Origin: Selaginella moellendorffii
Lineage: Eukaryota; Plantae; Lycopodiophyta
Assembly (NCBI RefSeq): GCF_000143415.4
Contig: NW_003314276.1
Coordinates: 2,355,072 to 2,419,071, forward strand
Reading direction: 5' to 3'
DNA: 64,000 nucleotides
The notes under the pieces are model-generated. The model did no database searches, was not told the origin of the DNA, and worked only from the letters and a program-made list of their open reading frames with translations. Made by a program: the position numbers and the translations under genes. Below, piece by piece: positions 1-12,429 of this stretch (its first letter is position 1; the number at the start of each line of letters is the position of its first letter).

Positions 1-216
1 CACTGCTAAATCATCATCAACCAAAGCAAGTGTCAACGGTCCTTGATGAAGTCTACAAGTAATCACTAGTCNNNNNNNNNNNNNNNNNNNNNNNNNNNNN
101 NNNNNNNNNNNNNNNNNNNNNNNNNNNNNNNNNNNNNNNNNNNNNNNNNNNNNNNNNNNNNNNNNNNNNNNNNNNNNNNNNNNNNNNNNNNNNNNNNNNN
201 NNNNNNNNNNNNNNNN

Positions 217-3200
217 ACTCGAATCCAACTCAACCGCAATAAGCTCACTAATGCATTTAGTCAATAGCTCTGAGCATGCCTTGAAGAGGCTAGCTATGTG
301 ATCAACACTCAGTCGAAACTAAAGTGAAAACCATGAGATGGATTTATATCGGTACACAACCTCCTCATAAACAAAGCTATAGTATAGGTACCAACATCTT
401 AACCTTAAACAACCAAGTTGGACATCACCATCCTTAGCCAAGGCACAGGGCCACCAAGACTAAGTCAAGATCAGTGAGAGCTCATTACTCTCGTAGAGTC
501 TAACGAAATGCAAGGTGCAACCTACCACCAAGCAAAACGCTATAAGAAAGGCATAAGGATCACCTTTCTTAGAAAAGTGCAATGGCCACTTTTCTATACC
601 AACTCCAGACTTTATCCAACTCAATTGCCTTAGCCCCAAAAATTAGCATCCCTTTCGGGCTACATCATACAAACTATATACTAAGGTTTAAGCCGACCGA
701 AGTCAACTTCAACCCCTTTACTAGTTTGTACTGGCTTTCGAAAACGGAATGGTTTTTGGGCAAAATGATCAATAAATCAGCCATTGGAAAAGTCTAAGAA
801 AATTTGTGGAAAATTTTCCATCCTAGAGAAAGAATGACTCTCAGTTCAGGAATGCAAACTTTCAAGACTCAACCAACTTCCTCTTACAAACAATTTCACA
901 TAGGTTCACCTCAACACAAATTCTCATGACCCATAATATGCTTAAGCATCGAACACCTTTGCCCATTTTTCTGATATTCAACACTGACATTTGCAAAGTG
1001 CTAAATGAACATCTAAAGCTTGATCATGAAGACCACATCTTCAGACATTCACATTGCACTAACACTCTTCTTCAATCACCTTCAAGATCCAATGTGAAGC
1101 CAAAACACTAATAAGAAAAATGGCACGGAAAATCAAGGTCTAAGGAAAATTCCTCATCACTCGAATCAACAATGCCACTTCCACTAACACAAGTGCTAGC
1201 AATGTCAATGCCTCAACTACACACCTTCTCCATCCAACAATCTACTCCAAGTGCTAACGGATCAACTGATAAGTTATAGCAAATGAATGCTACAACCCTT
1301 TTTCTAACACATTATGGGCAAACCATCAAGAATAAGGAACCAACTTAAGCTTAGCATAATGGACCACCATTGAGATTCCAATCAAGGCTATTACAATGCT
1401 ACTATATGCAAGTAGACTAACTTCACCATCAACCACCTTGGGGTTGATCATCATTTAACCAAACAACTTCATAAACGCATTACTTATTATCACATGGATA
1501 TGATATAAGCATTACAATGACTTGATCATCAATTGAGCAACACCACGAGCAATGCCTATATCATTACTTCAAAAGTTTATGTGAGTATCAAGTGTCAACT
1601 CGATTTGACAAAATGCAACATAAATGCCACACTCCACCAATAGAGATTTACAACACCGAACACCACTAACTTTTGTTCACAACACGGTCAAGCTCATGCC
1701 ATTCTCTTTCCGACCAAACTCAAAACTAATCCAATACCAAGCTACTCAAGGGGCAATAGCAAAGTTCCCCGGAAAAGAATTAAGCATTGCAATCCAAGTC
1801 TTCCAATAGCAAGCCTAGACAAAATGGTATAACACTTCACCGCTATCCATCCCATAACTCACCACTTGTAAAACCATCATTTCCAATATGCATTAAGGTA
1901 GGGACTCTTGATTGCATGATGTGAACACGAGCAATGAGTTAACACCTCGTTGCAAATCATCCCTCCAAGAAAAGAAGATGATTTACATGTTTGATCCTTC
2001 GTCCACGACGACTCTTTTTTCGGCCTCATCTTTGACTAAACCTCAAGTTTGCTTTTGCACTGCCTTCAGTCCAATCTAAGAAAAGTTTATGAGAGAGCAC
2101 GGCAATAATTACCTGAATCAATAGACTAATCCCTACAGTCTTGATTGATCCACTCATAATCACGCCTAGGAAGGATCCACTAGTGTTGTGCTAAACAGCT
2201 ACGGACTAGTCTATTTGCCACTCATAAAAAACCTAAGGAGGTTTGCTTTCACCCACGGTATATGGAACAACTCATGGAACCACCGATAGGCTAACATTAA
2301 TCCTGCCAACTCAAAGTGTAACCTTGAGTTGCTAATGTGCCCCACTCACGAGCCCAAGTGAAAACTCGTGCAAACAGAACACCTCAAACTATCTTATGAG
2401 CCCAAGAGCAAGCTCACATTATCACAGTACAAAAAGGTAATAAAAACCATACCCAAGGAACAACTGCGGAGTCTTAGCACCCAAACGTGTACCCACTTGG
2501 ATCATTGTTTTCATCTCTGCGTATGCAATGAGACTAGTTGCCCAATCTCATTAGATAGCACTCGCTGAGACTTATCCTCTGATACCAAATGTAACGCACG
2601 TGGTTTTTACCCTTTATCCTATGGTGATTTACCATAGGATAACACCACGAAGCGGAACCTAAACCCTCTTTGTGCCACGTGACAGATGCCACATGTCACA
2701 TGCCACGTGTCCAAAGGACAGTGGTGTGGAACCCGAGTTTCAGGGCCTTGGGCCACTGTACGAAGGAACGGTGCCAAACCCCCAAGCATGGAGCCAAGGA
2801 GTGATGGAACTGGTCCACGGAGCAACTCTCGAGCATAAAGCCCAAGGAGCGAAGGGACAGGAGCTCGGAGCGACTTGGAACAGTCCTAAAGTAACCAGCA
2901 TCCCAATNNNNNNNNNNNNNNNNNNNNNNNNNNNNNNNNNNNNNNNNNNNNNNNNNNNNNNNNNNNNNNNNNNNNNNNNNNNNNNNNNNNNNNNNNNNNN
3001 NNNNNNNNNNNNNNNNNNNNNNNNNNNNNNNNNNNNNNNNNNNNNNNNNNNNNNNNNNNNNNNNNNNNNNNNNNNNNNNNNNNNNNNNNNNNNNNNNNNN
3101 NNNNNNNNNNNNNNNNNNNNNNNNNNNNNNNNNNNNNNNNNNNNNNNNNNNNNNNNNNNNNNNNNNNNNNNNNNNNNNNNNNNNNNNNNNNNNNNNNNNN

Positions 3201-3636
3201 NNNNNNNNNNNNNNNNNNNNNNNNNNNNNNNNNNNNNNNNNNNNNNNNNNNNNNNNNNNNNNNNNNNNNNNNNNNNNNNNNNNNNNNNNNNNNNNNNNNN
3301 NNAGTGTTTGGCAGACACGGTAAGCTATCATCTAGCGAATATTGAAGGACCAAGCTCAATATCACGGGGGTTCCCAACACTAGCAAGTGCAAGTCAACAA
3401 CATGAGTTTCTCATCACCGTGTCAAGTCTGCTTGACAAATGACAACTTAGGATTTCCTTCCTTAGTGCCCTTCCGGTCTACGTACACATGTGATGACCAA
3501 TTTCTCAACTAGCTCAGGTAGAGACTGATAACGAATCCAACAATACTGACCCCCTGCCGTCGTGGTAGTAAGGAAAGAATATCCGAAAGGACAGGCCAAC
3601 AAGTAACTTTCAATACCTGAAGTCACATTTGCGACA
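217..3636 (-). mobile_element. LTR retrotransposon family F1, copy 1: 5' LTR (2590-3636, contains an N gap), PBS and degenerate internal region
   Basis: On the minus strand the LTR runs TGTCGCAAAT (3636) to GCGTTACA (2590) and is followed by TGGTATCAGAG (2587-2577). Region ~600-3636 is the reverse complement of ~39499-42617. No intact ORF. Confidence 0.85.
2577..2587 (-). promoter_or_regulatory. Primer-binding site (tRNA-iMet type) of F1 copy 1
   Basis: TGGTATCAGAG lies 2 nt after the LTR terminal CA. Confidence 0.85.
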
Positions 3637-3714
3637 ATGTGTCACAACGCCTTTTTCTCCCACCCCACACAATTTGGTTGCCTCCCATTGGCCGGGAGCA
3701 AACATCAACACTTC

Positions 3715-5010
3715 CTCTTTATTATAGAAGGACTTCTTGAAGAGTGCATTCGTGAGAGCTTGAGCAGCTGAGGGACAATTTTTTGTTGCTGGATGCATTA
3801 GAGACTTGATCAAGCTTTGGAACGCAAGAGAGAATCCAAGAAAAAGAGCGAGCTTTCCCTGGCGGATAGCTTGATATTGCCTTCTAGACGTTGGTAGTGG
3901 CAAGCATCTCATGAGCTCATAGAATGTTGCCCCTAGGGAAAACATGTCAGCTTTGTTGAGGTGGCTGTGATCATCATTGATGAGCTCCATTGGGAGATAT
4001 CTCAAGTTGCCATCCTTGATAGAAGTGGTTCCATTTGATTTGACTAGCAAGGCCAAAGTCACCAATCTTGTAGACACAATTGCAGATGTAGATCTTGTTG
4101 GGCGTCACATCCAGGTGAGTGAGGCCATACGAGTGTAAGTGCTTCAAAGTGTTTAAGAGCTGTCATGCATGACAAACTAAGAAAAGAACACAATTTAGCT
4201 ACTTACTTGAAACATTGCCTCAGTCAGCTTCTTCTCCATGAATGTCCATGCAAGGCTCTTGTCTCATAGATTCATCTTGCACAGCTCCATTTGGATATAC
4301 AAAAAGTCATTCTCGAACCATGAAGAGAAGTAGCACATTACGTTTTCATGGTAACCTGGAAGCTGGATAAGTTTTGAGGAAGCTAGTGGTAATACTGAAA
4401 GAAAAAAGCCAACTCACCAAGACATGAAAGTGCCTAAACTTCTCTCAATGCTTTCCTCTTGCAAAGAGAAAAATTTGCCAAATCAATACCATAGTCTCTT
4501 GAATATCTCCCTCATTTAGCTGATGCCGATTGGAATGCTTTACAGCATAAAGGCAGCCGTCAAGTCTTTTGAGAACTTTATAAACATAGCTAAAATCACC
4601 TTGTCCTATTTCCTGATAGTAGAGTAAGAATGAAGATTATACAAATTCTACACACCACAAATACCTTGATTTGATGGAATTCCTCACGGTAACACAATGA
4701 AAAGCCAAAAACGGAGACACATCCTGTATGAGAATACCAAAGTTATGAAAGAAAAATGAAAAATAACAACATACCCTACCTAGCTCTCTTGAGAAACACA
4801 TCAGTGTTAAAAAAAGGGTTCCAGAAGCATGGTGGGGACATGACATGCTGTTGCAGAGACAATGTCTTTGCATTCTCTGCTTCTTGGTTCAAATATTCAT
4901 CTAGGAAAAGAAGCACAAAACAAAAAAAAGCCAAGTGAGTGTTTAAGATTGTCAAAGCAAAGCTAGACATACCACTTCTTGGTCTTTTGCTCCATAGAGG
5001 CATCAAACCC
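3715..5010 (-). pseudogene. WEE1: WEE1-like kinase pseudogene, intron-containing
   Basis: Minus-strand peptides EIGQGDFSYVYKVLKRLDGCLYAVKHS, GYHENVMCYFSSWFENDFLYIQMELC, YKIGDFG and DGNLRYLPMELINDDHSHLNKADMFSLGATFYEL resemble plant WEE1. The catalytic loop is degenerate (HLDVTPNK) and there is a frameshift between the DFG and DGNLRY segments. Confidence 0.8.
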
Positions 5011-5179
5011 ATAGGGAATAGCTTTGAGATTTGAGCATTATGGTTTTGTTGCCAGTATTTCTCCTGCAGAAAGAAAAACCAGAAAAGAAAAGAAAACTGT
5101 TAAGTTGAGAGCATAAGAAAGTGAAAACTTGCGATGGGTTTCTTGGGAGCAAAGACACCACAAAGTATTGCAAAAAACA

Positions 5180-8065
5180 GTGTTGATGTTTGCTCTCAGC
5201 CAATGGGAGGCAGCCAAGCTGCATGGGGCAGGAAAGGGAAGGCACTGCAACACAAGTCGCATACAATGTGTTAACTGTGACTGTGCCTATGGTCTGTCGA
5301 GCAAATTGGTTTTTGTTTTGTAATGTTTTTCTAGGGTTATGAAATGGTGGGAGAGCCCTGCCACTACTGCTGATTCACAATCGAAATCTGAGGTGCTATA
5401 TCAACTCTGCCGGAACAAGCCATGTCCTGGTACGGCTTGTGTCAAGATCTAATCGATTTATCCGTGCTTTCTTCTAGCATTGTTTCAGTTCTAGATCTGC
5501 TTTGGTAGTGGTAAAGTTAAAAATGAAGGTCAGATGCTTATAAGCCAAATCTATATGGCAAGACAATAGTGATTGAGCAGAGAATCACTACTGGAAGCAA
5601 CACTATTGTTTTGAAAAATCACCAAGGTTGGTTTTCTATCATGCAAGGGATTTACTTCTTCTGTATTGTGTATTCTAGGTGAACAAATTTCTTCAAACAA
5701 GCAGCATTTGTGTGATGTGATCAACCATCTGTGTAAGCTAAGATTGTATTTTTAAAATTTTCTACTTTTCTACTGTCACCTTTTTTTTTGTAGATTGACA
5801 TGGAAAACCTATGTGTGATTACATGAATTGAGATTTTTTGAGTCCTGGTAGTGAGAAAGAGAAATTCAAGGTAACAATAGCTTTCGTTTCCAAGTTGAAG
5901 GTGGTCTAACATATTCTTATGATGTAACACTTTTGGAGAAAGTCTGGAAATTGCTAGATATGAACATGAAGACTATTCAAGTGTGTCATGATTGCCTTCA
6001 AGAGGACAGAAAATCTTCTGAAGTGCTCAGACAAGATTTGGTGAAGATAGAAGAGAAACTTCTCCATGTGGAACAAGTAGATGAACTTGCTGAAAAAGTT
6101 CACACCTTGTGAAAGAGATTGGCTTGGGCTGTAGTTTATGAGATAGACAAGAAACTCAATGACATCCAAGTGGTTGTAAGAGAACTCAAGCAAGAGGACA
6201 TTGAGATGCAAATAGTGAGCAGTTTGGTCTTTTATTTGTTGGAAATTACAGCAATTACATATAGGCATGAAACTTACATTTCAAACATGAGATTTACCAT
6301 TAAACACCCTTATAAATCTTTTGACTAATTTAGTTTATTAGGTTTTGAATTTATAATTTGTATTTAAATTCTACTTTTTGTACTTTCTGTACCAACTACT
6401 GTACATTTTGCAATTCTTTTCTTAATTTTACCTGGGTCTGGATAATAGTGTTAGTGTTTTTAATATTTTTGAGTTTAAGGGTATATATAATTTTTTATTT
6501 ATAGGTTAGACTTTAGTTTTTCAATAGTTCTATTTTTTTAATTGAGAAATCCTCTCTGGGGTCTGAGAAATATATTAATATTCTTAAAATCTTACTTATA
6601 TATTTATTCATATTCCAAGTAAACACTTAATCCCTAAATTAATAATAATTAATCTTAGTAATTCTTTGTTGCTTTTGTTTGAGTCTAGGTAGTAATATAT
6701 TAGTTTTTTCTTACCATTTTAGGATTCTAAATTTTTTTGTATCCCAAGTGAAAACATACTTCACATGTAACATCTAATTAATAAAATTACTTTTTAGTAA
6801 TTCTTCATTTGCTTTTTTAATTTCTGGGAGTGTACTAAATATATTTATAATCTAATAACTATTAAAAAATTATTCTTAGCAATTTTTATTTTACTTTTCT
6901 CTGGTTATTAAGTTTCTTGAAATTTTAATATTCTATATTCCCAAATAGTACTTTGCATGTATTATCTTTATTACTAATATTTACTTACTAATTCTTCTTT
7001 TCTCACTTTAGGAATATATTAATATTCTAAATTTATGGTCTATGTTGTATATTATTATGTATGTATATGTGAAGATATGAAAAGGAAAAAATTGTATAAA
7101 TTTTTTTATTTTTGTACTTATCCAGCATTTGCTAGGCAACATGTTATATGCAAAGTATTAACTGACATTAACACTCAATTGTTTGCAATAGAGACCCTCT
7201 GAAATTGAGAGGGTAAGTTCTAAGGTTTAGTGGAGAGCATTTGGGATGATAGCAAGCTTGACTATTAGTGCTTTTAAGTTGTGATTGAAATTTATATGTG
7301 AATCTATTTCCCTTGATTTGGGGTTTTGTGAGCTATAGCACATGCTCTTGCAAAAGTAAAAGAGTGAGCTCTTGCAACTGTAGATGTATTTGATTGTGCA
7401 ATATTTAATTAAACAATAATATTTTAAAAAAAATTCTTAACTGTAAATATAGTTTATTAGTACATAATAATATGGAATTATAGTTTCTATAGCATATATT
7501 TACAAACGTTTTTATTAGTAATTATTTTCTTAAATGGATCTGGGTAGTAATATATTAATGTAAACATATTGTTTTATATTCTAAATAAAAATCATAATTA
7601 AGTAATATCTTGCTAATAAAAATGAGTAATAATTATTCTTAATAATTATTCTCTTCTGTTTGATAAAATTATAATATAAGTTTATCCCAAGTAAAAATAT
7701 AATTTACATATAACATATTAGTATAAATAGAAATTTTATTTTTACTTTTTTCTGGGTTGGATATTTTTCTAAATATATTCATATTTCCAAATACTAATTT
7801 GTGTCTAATATTTTATTAATGAATAGTTATTCTTATTTATGAATAGGAATATATTTTTTTCTAAATATTTATTATCAAATTTACAAGAATTTATTTTTAT
7901 ATTCACCTAGAATTTTCTAGGCATAATTCCCACAATCCTTCTTTCAAAGTGAAATACAATATTTATTTATTTTATATTATTCTATTTTTATTTTCAATAT
8001 AACAAAATTATAACAAAGAAAACAATATTTTGCTAATTGTGCAGCATATACTGGGCAAGTGCTAG
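5180..8065 (+). mobile_element. Non-autonomous Helitron-like AT-rich element
   Basis: Ends GTGCAGCATATACTGGGCAAGTGCTAG (CTAG 8062-8065). Its blocks recur at 12436-13250 and 13448-14080, and inverted at 11150-11640. Confidence 0.55.
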
Positions 8066-8369
8066 ATCTTTTCAACTGGCTCTTGACTAGAACACAAGGT
8101 TCTTCTCTTTTTTTTTTCCTGTTGGTTTTTTCTCTTGCTTGTCAATCTCACTCTGTTTGCATATTGAGGATAAGAGGAGAAAGTTATGACTGTTTCAATG
8201 CATTCCACACACCCAAAGTTGAAGTTTCCACCTCCTTTTTCTTCCTTGCATCTCAGCTTTCTTCCTAGTTTACTAGTCAAGTTGAATTTATTTCTCTTGG
8301 CAAGAAAACAGTTGAATTTCTATTCCCAATCAATCTTTTGGGACTGTAGAAAAGTAAAAACAAGAAAAA

Positions 8370-9520
8370 CAAGAATTTCTGGCCATTTAGAGTTGCAAGT
8401 GAAAGTAATGAAAATATCTGGTTTTGAGTAATGAGTAACAATTGCTATTGCATCTTGATAATTTTGTTACATTGTTCTAGGACCACCACCAAAACTTGAA
8501 GGTAGTATAACAATTTTATCAAGGTTTATATTTTCATTTAAAGCATGGTTTGCAACATAATCCATAAGACTAATATACATTTGTACTTGTAATTGTTTTT
8601 GGTGGGTACAATTAATATAGGTTATTACTCTCAACTTTGACATAAGCATCAACAATGTATTATTGAGTAAGCTTGCCAGCATGCATAACTTAATTGTAGT
8701 GTGTCTCTTTTAGATAAGAAATATGCATAATATAGAAGTAATGTAGCTCGACGTCGTCATGTATTCAAAATATTAGTATGTCATCCTTTATCACCAAAAT
8801 GAAATATCAAAGGATAAACCTTAGGATCACAATTAATATCAAGTGTTGAAATCATTCTAGAAAGATTTGTTATAGGATATATACAAATTTCACATCCATG
8901 TGCGGGTTCTCCATTCTCACTAACAAAAACAATAGAAATTTCATTTGTTTATGGTATATTATAATGTCGATGATCGGTTCCTTCATTCCTTAGTAATATA
9001 TAAATACCATATAAAGGTCGACCTGTAACTGCTACTTGATGAAGTTATTTTTGTTCTATTTCATACATCATTCTATAAGCCTGTGCATATGAGTGTATCA
9101 AGATGTAATAATAAATTTCACTCACAACTTGTATTAAATTGGTTTTGATACTTTATGTCTGTGGCTTTTTATGTATCTAGCATATAAAGTTGGCCATAAA
9201 ATGGACTTTAATCACCAAAAGAATGTGATGACATGACACTATGGTAAATCTATCCATGAATTCTAAAGCAATAAGGACCATTACCCTTTAAAGTGTCAAT
9301 GTTAGCACCCATTGATGCAAATGCGAAGGCACTATTATAGTGTTTAATATTAGTTCTGAAATTAGAGTTTTTGTTTTGCTTGTAAAGTGTAAGTAAAGTA
9401 TTTAGTAAAGGTAATACAAGTGGCAATATCACTTGACCATGTTGACAACACATAGCAATGTTCTCATCTTTAAAATGTGATGCATTACAAAAAACACAAA
9501 TAGATCATAAAAAACCAATT
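8370..9520 (-). mobile_element. Degenerate Helitron Rep/helicase N-terminal and Rep coding remnant
   Basis: CCQHGQVILP...NIKHYNSAFAFASMGA...GPYCFRIHG and ILPSSFGGGPRTM*QNYQDAIAIV..YSKPDIFITFTCNSKWPEI are typical Helitron Rep motifs. Multiple stops. Confidence 0.88.
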
Positions 9521-12429
9521 TCAAAAGTTGAAATTTGTGAATCTTTATAAATAGTGTGCCTTGCTAGTATGGTTTGTGAAGGTGAAGATGGTGTAGTGGA
9601 TATTGCTTGATGTGTATATATTTCATTTTGATCTGAAGTAATTTGAAGCAGCTTAGGGTGTTTATCAGAATTGTTAGTATCAAAATTCTTATCAAAATGA
9701 TTGGTCTTTCTTATAGTTCTAAGAAGATGATGAAGGTGAGGCATAATTTAAAATTTCTTAGTACAATTTTTAATATGTAGTGGAGGCTAAGGATATAAGT
9801 TAGTTCATGCAAGACTCATGATTATTGTTAGGCAAGACTTAACTATGGACTTCTTCAAGTTTTTGGTTCTTTGGGTTTTCATACTCATTGTTTTATTTGT
9901 TAGAAGTTATTAGGGAACATCATACTGTGGAATTCTAATTCCAAAAGTAACAAACACAAACTTATGATTGGTTTTGTGTGTAGGATTTTCCAATTGCTTG
10001 CCGGAAAAGGGTGTGCCATGAACTAAGAAGAAAGACTAACCTTTTGCTATAAGCTGTTGTGATTCTTGGTAGTGCCCTCAAGCACAAAACCTAATCATAA
10101 GATGTAGGCTTATGTGAAGTAAGAGCAAAAAAAGTGTGACGGATTAGATCTAGTGGGATTAGGATTTTCAGGGCATTGTGAGGCATTGAGGTTTGTTGCT
10201 ACCTTAGCTACAACATTTTCAGATCTATTGCCAATTTAGGTAAAGTTGATTATTTTATTAGTAAAGCATTAAAAATAAATTTGTTCACTTAAAAATAAAT
10301 ATTCACTCTCTTAGGGTAACCTATTAAACAGAATTCAAATTTCTATCAGTTTTGTAATTTGATCTAGTGGTGCCACCAAAGATATACATCATTATCATAG
10401 GTACAACTTGTCATTGGTTAGATTAGCAAGAGCACTATGCATTGCCATCTGGATAACATAAAACCTTTTGATACCACTCTTCCTAGAACCTATCATTAGA
10501 GTTTGGCTAGCACTCAACACCTAATGTCCCAATCTTTACACCCATGAATTCATCTGGTAAAGAAAGTAAAAGACTTACCATCCTGGTGGCCATGCAAATC
10601 TACCACAATGAGAAGAATGTAAGTTGCTCCTTTGATGCTAGTGGCTGAGAAACTACATACCAAGCAATTCTTCAATGTGCTGCCCAACATAATCCTCCCA
10701 ATAGAAAGATCACAAAGAATGTCACCATCCAAGCATAAACTCAAGCTAAGGACCAATTGCCACAGCTACTGCTACAAGCTTGTGGTTTAGACATGTTGCT
10801 AGAGGCATCACACCACCATACTGTCAAAGCAACTTTGCCTTGAATCCAAAGAAACAAAACAAAATAGAATAAAAATGAAGAAGAGAAAAAAAAATACATG
10901 CAATCTTAGTGACTCTCCCAAAATCTTTCCATTGCTAGTGACCCAATAAGAAGTTTGAGAAAATAGAATCTCACTACAAGAAAATCAACTTATAACAGCA
11001 GCTCTAGTGGCATTATAGCTCATCTCAATTCACAAAACAAGTAGCAAACCAGTAGCTATAGTGAGAAAAGAAGGGTGTTGTGCAGGAGTTTGTGCATTTA
11101 GGATCAATGTGAGGTGCCATTGCCAAGGATTGGCAAGAGCATATACCAAAGCTCACAAAACCCTAAATTGAGGGAAAGAGATTCATATATCACCAATAGG
11201 CACCAATAGTCAGACTTACTGTCACAGCAAACACTCTCCACTAAACCTTAAAACTTACCCTTTCAATTTCAGAGGGTCTCTATTGCAAAAGGTTAAATGT
11301 TAATGCCAATTAACACTTTATATGTGACATGTTGCCCACCAAATGCTGGATGAGTATAAAAATCAATAATTTTATATAATTTTTTCCTTCTAATATCTCT
11401 ATATACACACACAATACTATATACTTAAAATACTAATATATTTCCAAAGTGAGAAAAGAAGAATTAGTAAGTAAATATTAGTAATAAGGATAATATATGC
11501 AAAATACTACTTGGGAATATGAATATATTTAGAATATTAAAATTTTATGAAACTTAATACCCAGATTAAAGTAAAGCAAAAATTGTCAAGAATAATTTTT
11601 TATAGTTATTAGATTATAAATATATTTAGTACTCTCCCAAAAAAAAAGTAAATCCTAGTGAATAATCATGCTGATGTTTGCTCTTAACCAATGGGAGGCA
11701 GCCAAGCTATGTGGGGTTAGAGAAGAAGGCACTGTGACATGTGGCATATGCAAAGTGTTGATTGGACTGCTTCTTTCCTGAAATTGCTATCATCATCCAA
11801 ACTTGCATCTCCACAGATTTTTCTTGAGATCTTTTAAATTTTCCTGCAGAAATCGCCTCCATCGCTCCCGATGTGGAGCACTGCTGCTTTAGGGAAAGGG
11901 CAAGAGAGCGATGCACTTGAGTAAATGGCCAGTGAAGCTCCGACTCCTGGATCTCCCAGGCAAAGATCTTCCCAGAGATCTCTCGCTCAACTGCCACAGC
12001 AATCCCCATAGGAATAGGTGCCAGCACCAGATCTGGAGCTTGATGGGATGCCTTTCTACAATCTCGCCACTGTCACTTCCGGCATGGAGGATCTCCACCG
12101 TTGCTTTAGGGAAAGGGCGTAGCCCTAGAGGAAAGCAAGTAAATGGCTAGTGAAGCTGTGGCTCCCAATCCCCACAGGAACAAGAGCCAGTAGTAGATCT
12201 GGAGCTGCAGGCTCTAGATCCACAACAGGATGCAAGCACTCCTCCTAAGCCCCTGGTGGCAGTGGCAGTGGCGGCTTTGCCAGCGACAATAGAGGTGAGT
12301 GTGGCTGCTGGAGAGGAGCCAGAAAATGCCATTTAGCCTTTCATACATTTTTCTTCTTTATGTACCTCACCAATTGATAAGGTAATTCTTTTGTAATGAT
12401 GTAGGTTGATGGTTAGCTTAGTCTTAATA

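Noticed and set aside
2672-3442. ORFs spanning N runs (also 66-248)
   Set aside because: Artefacts of the assembly gaps at 72-216 and 2908-3302.
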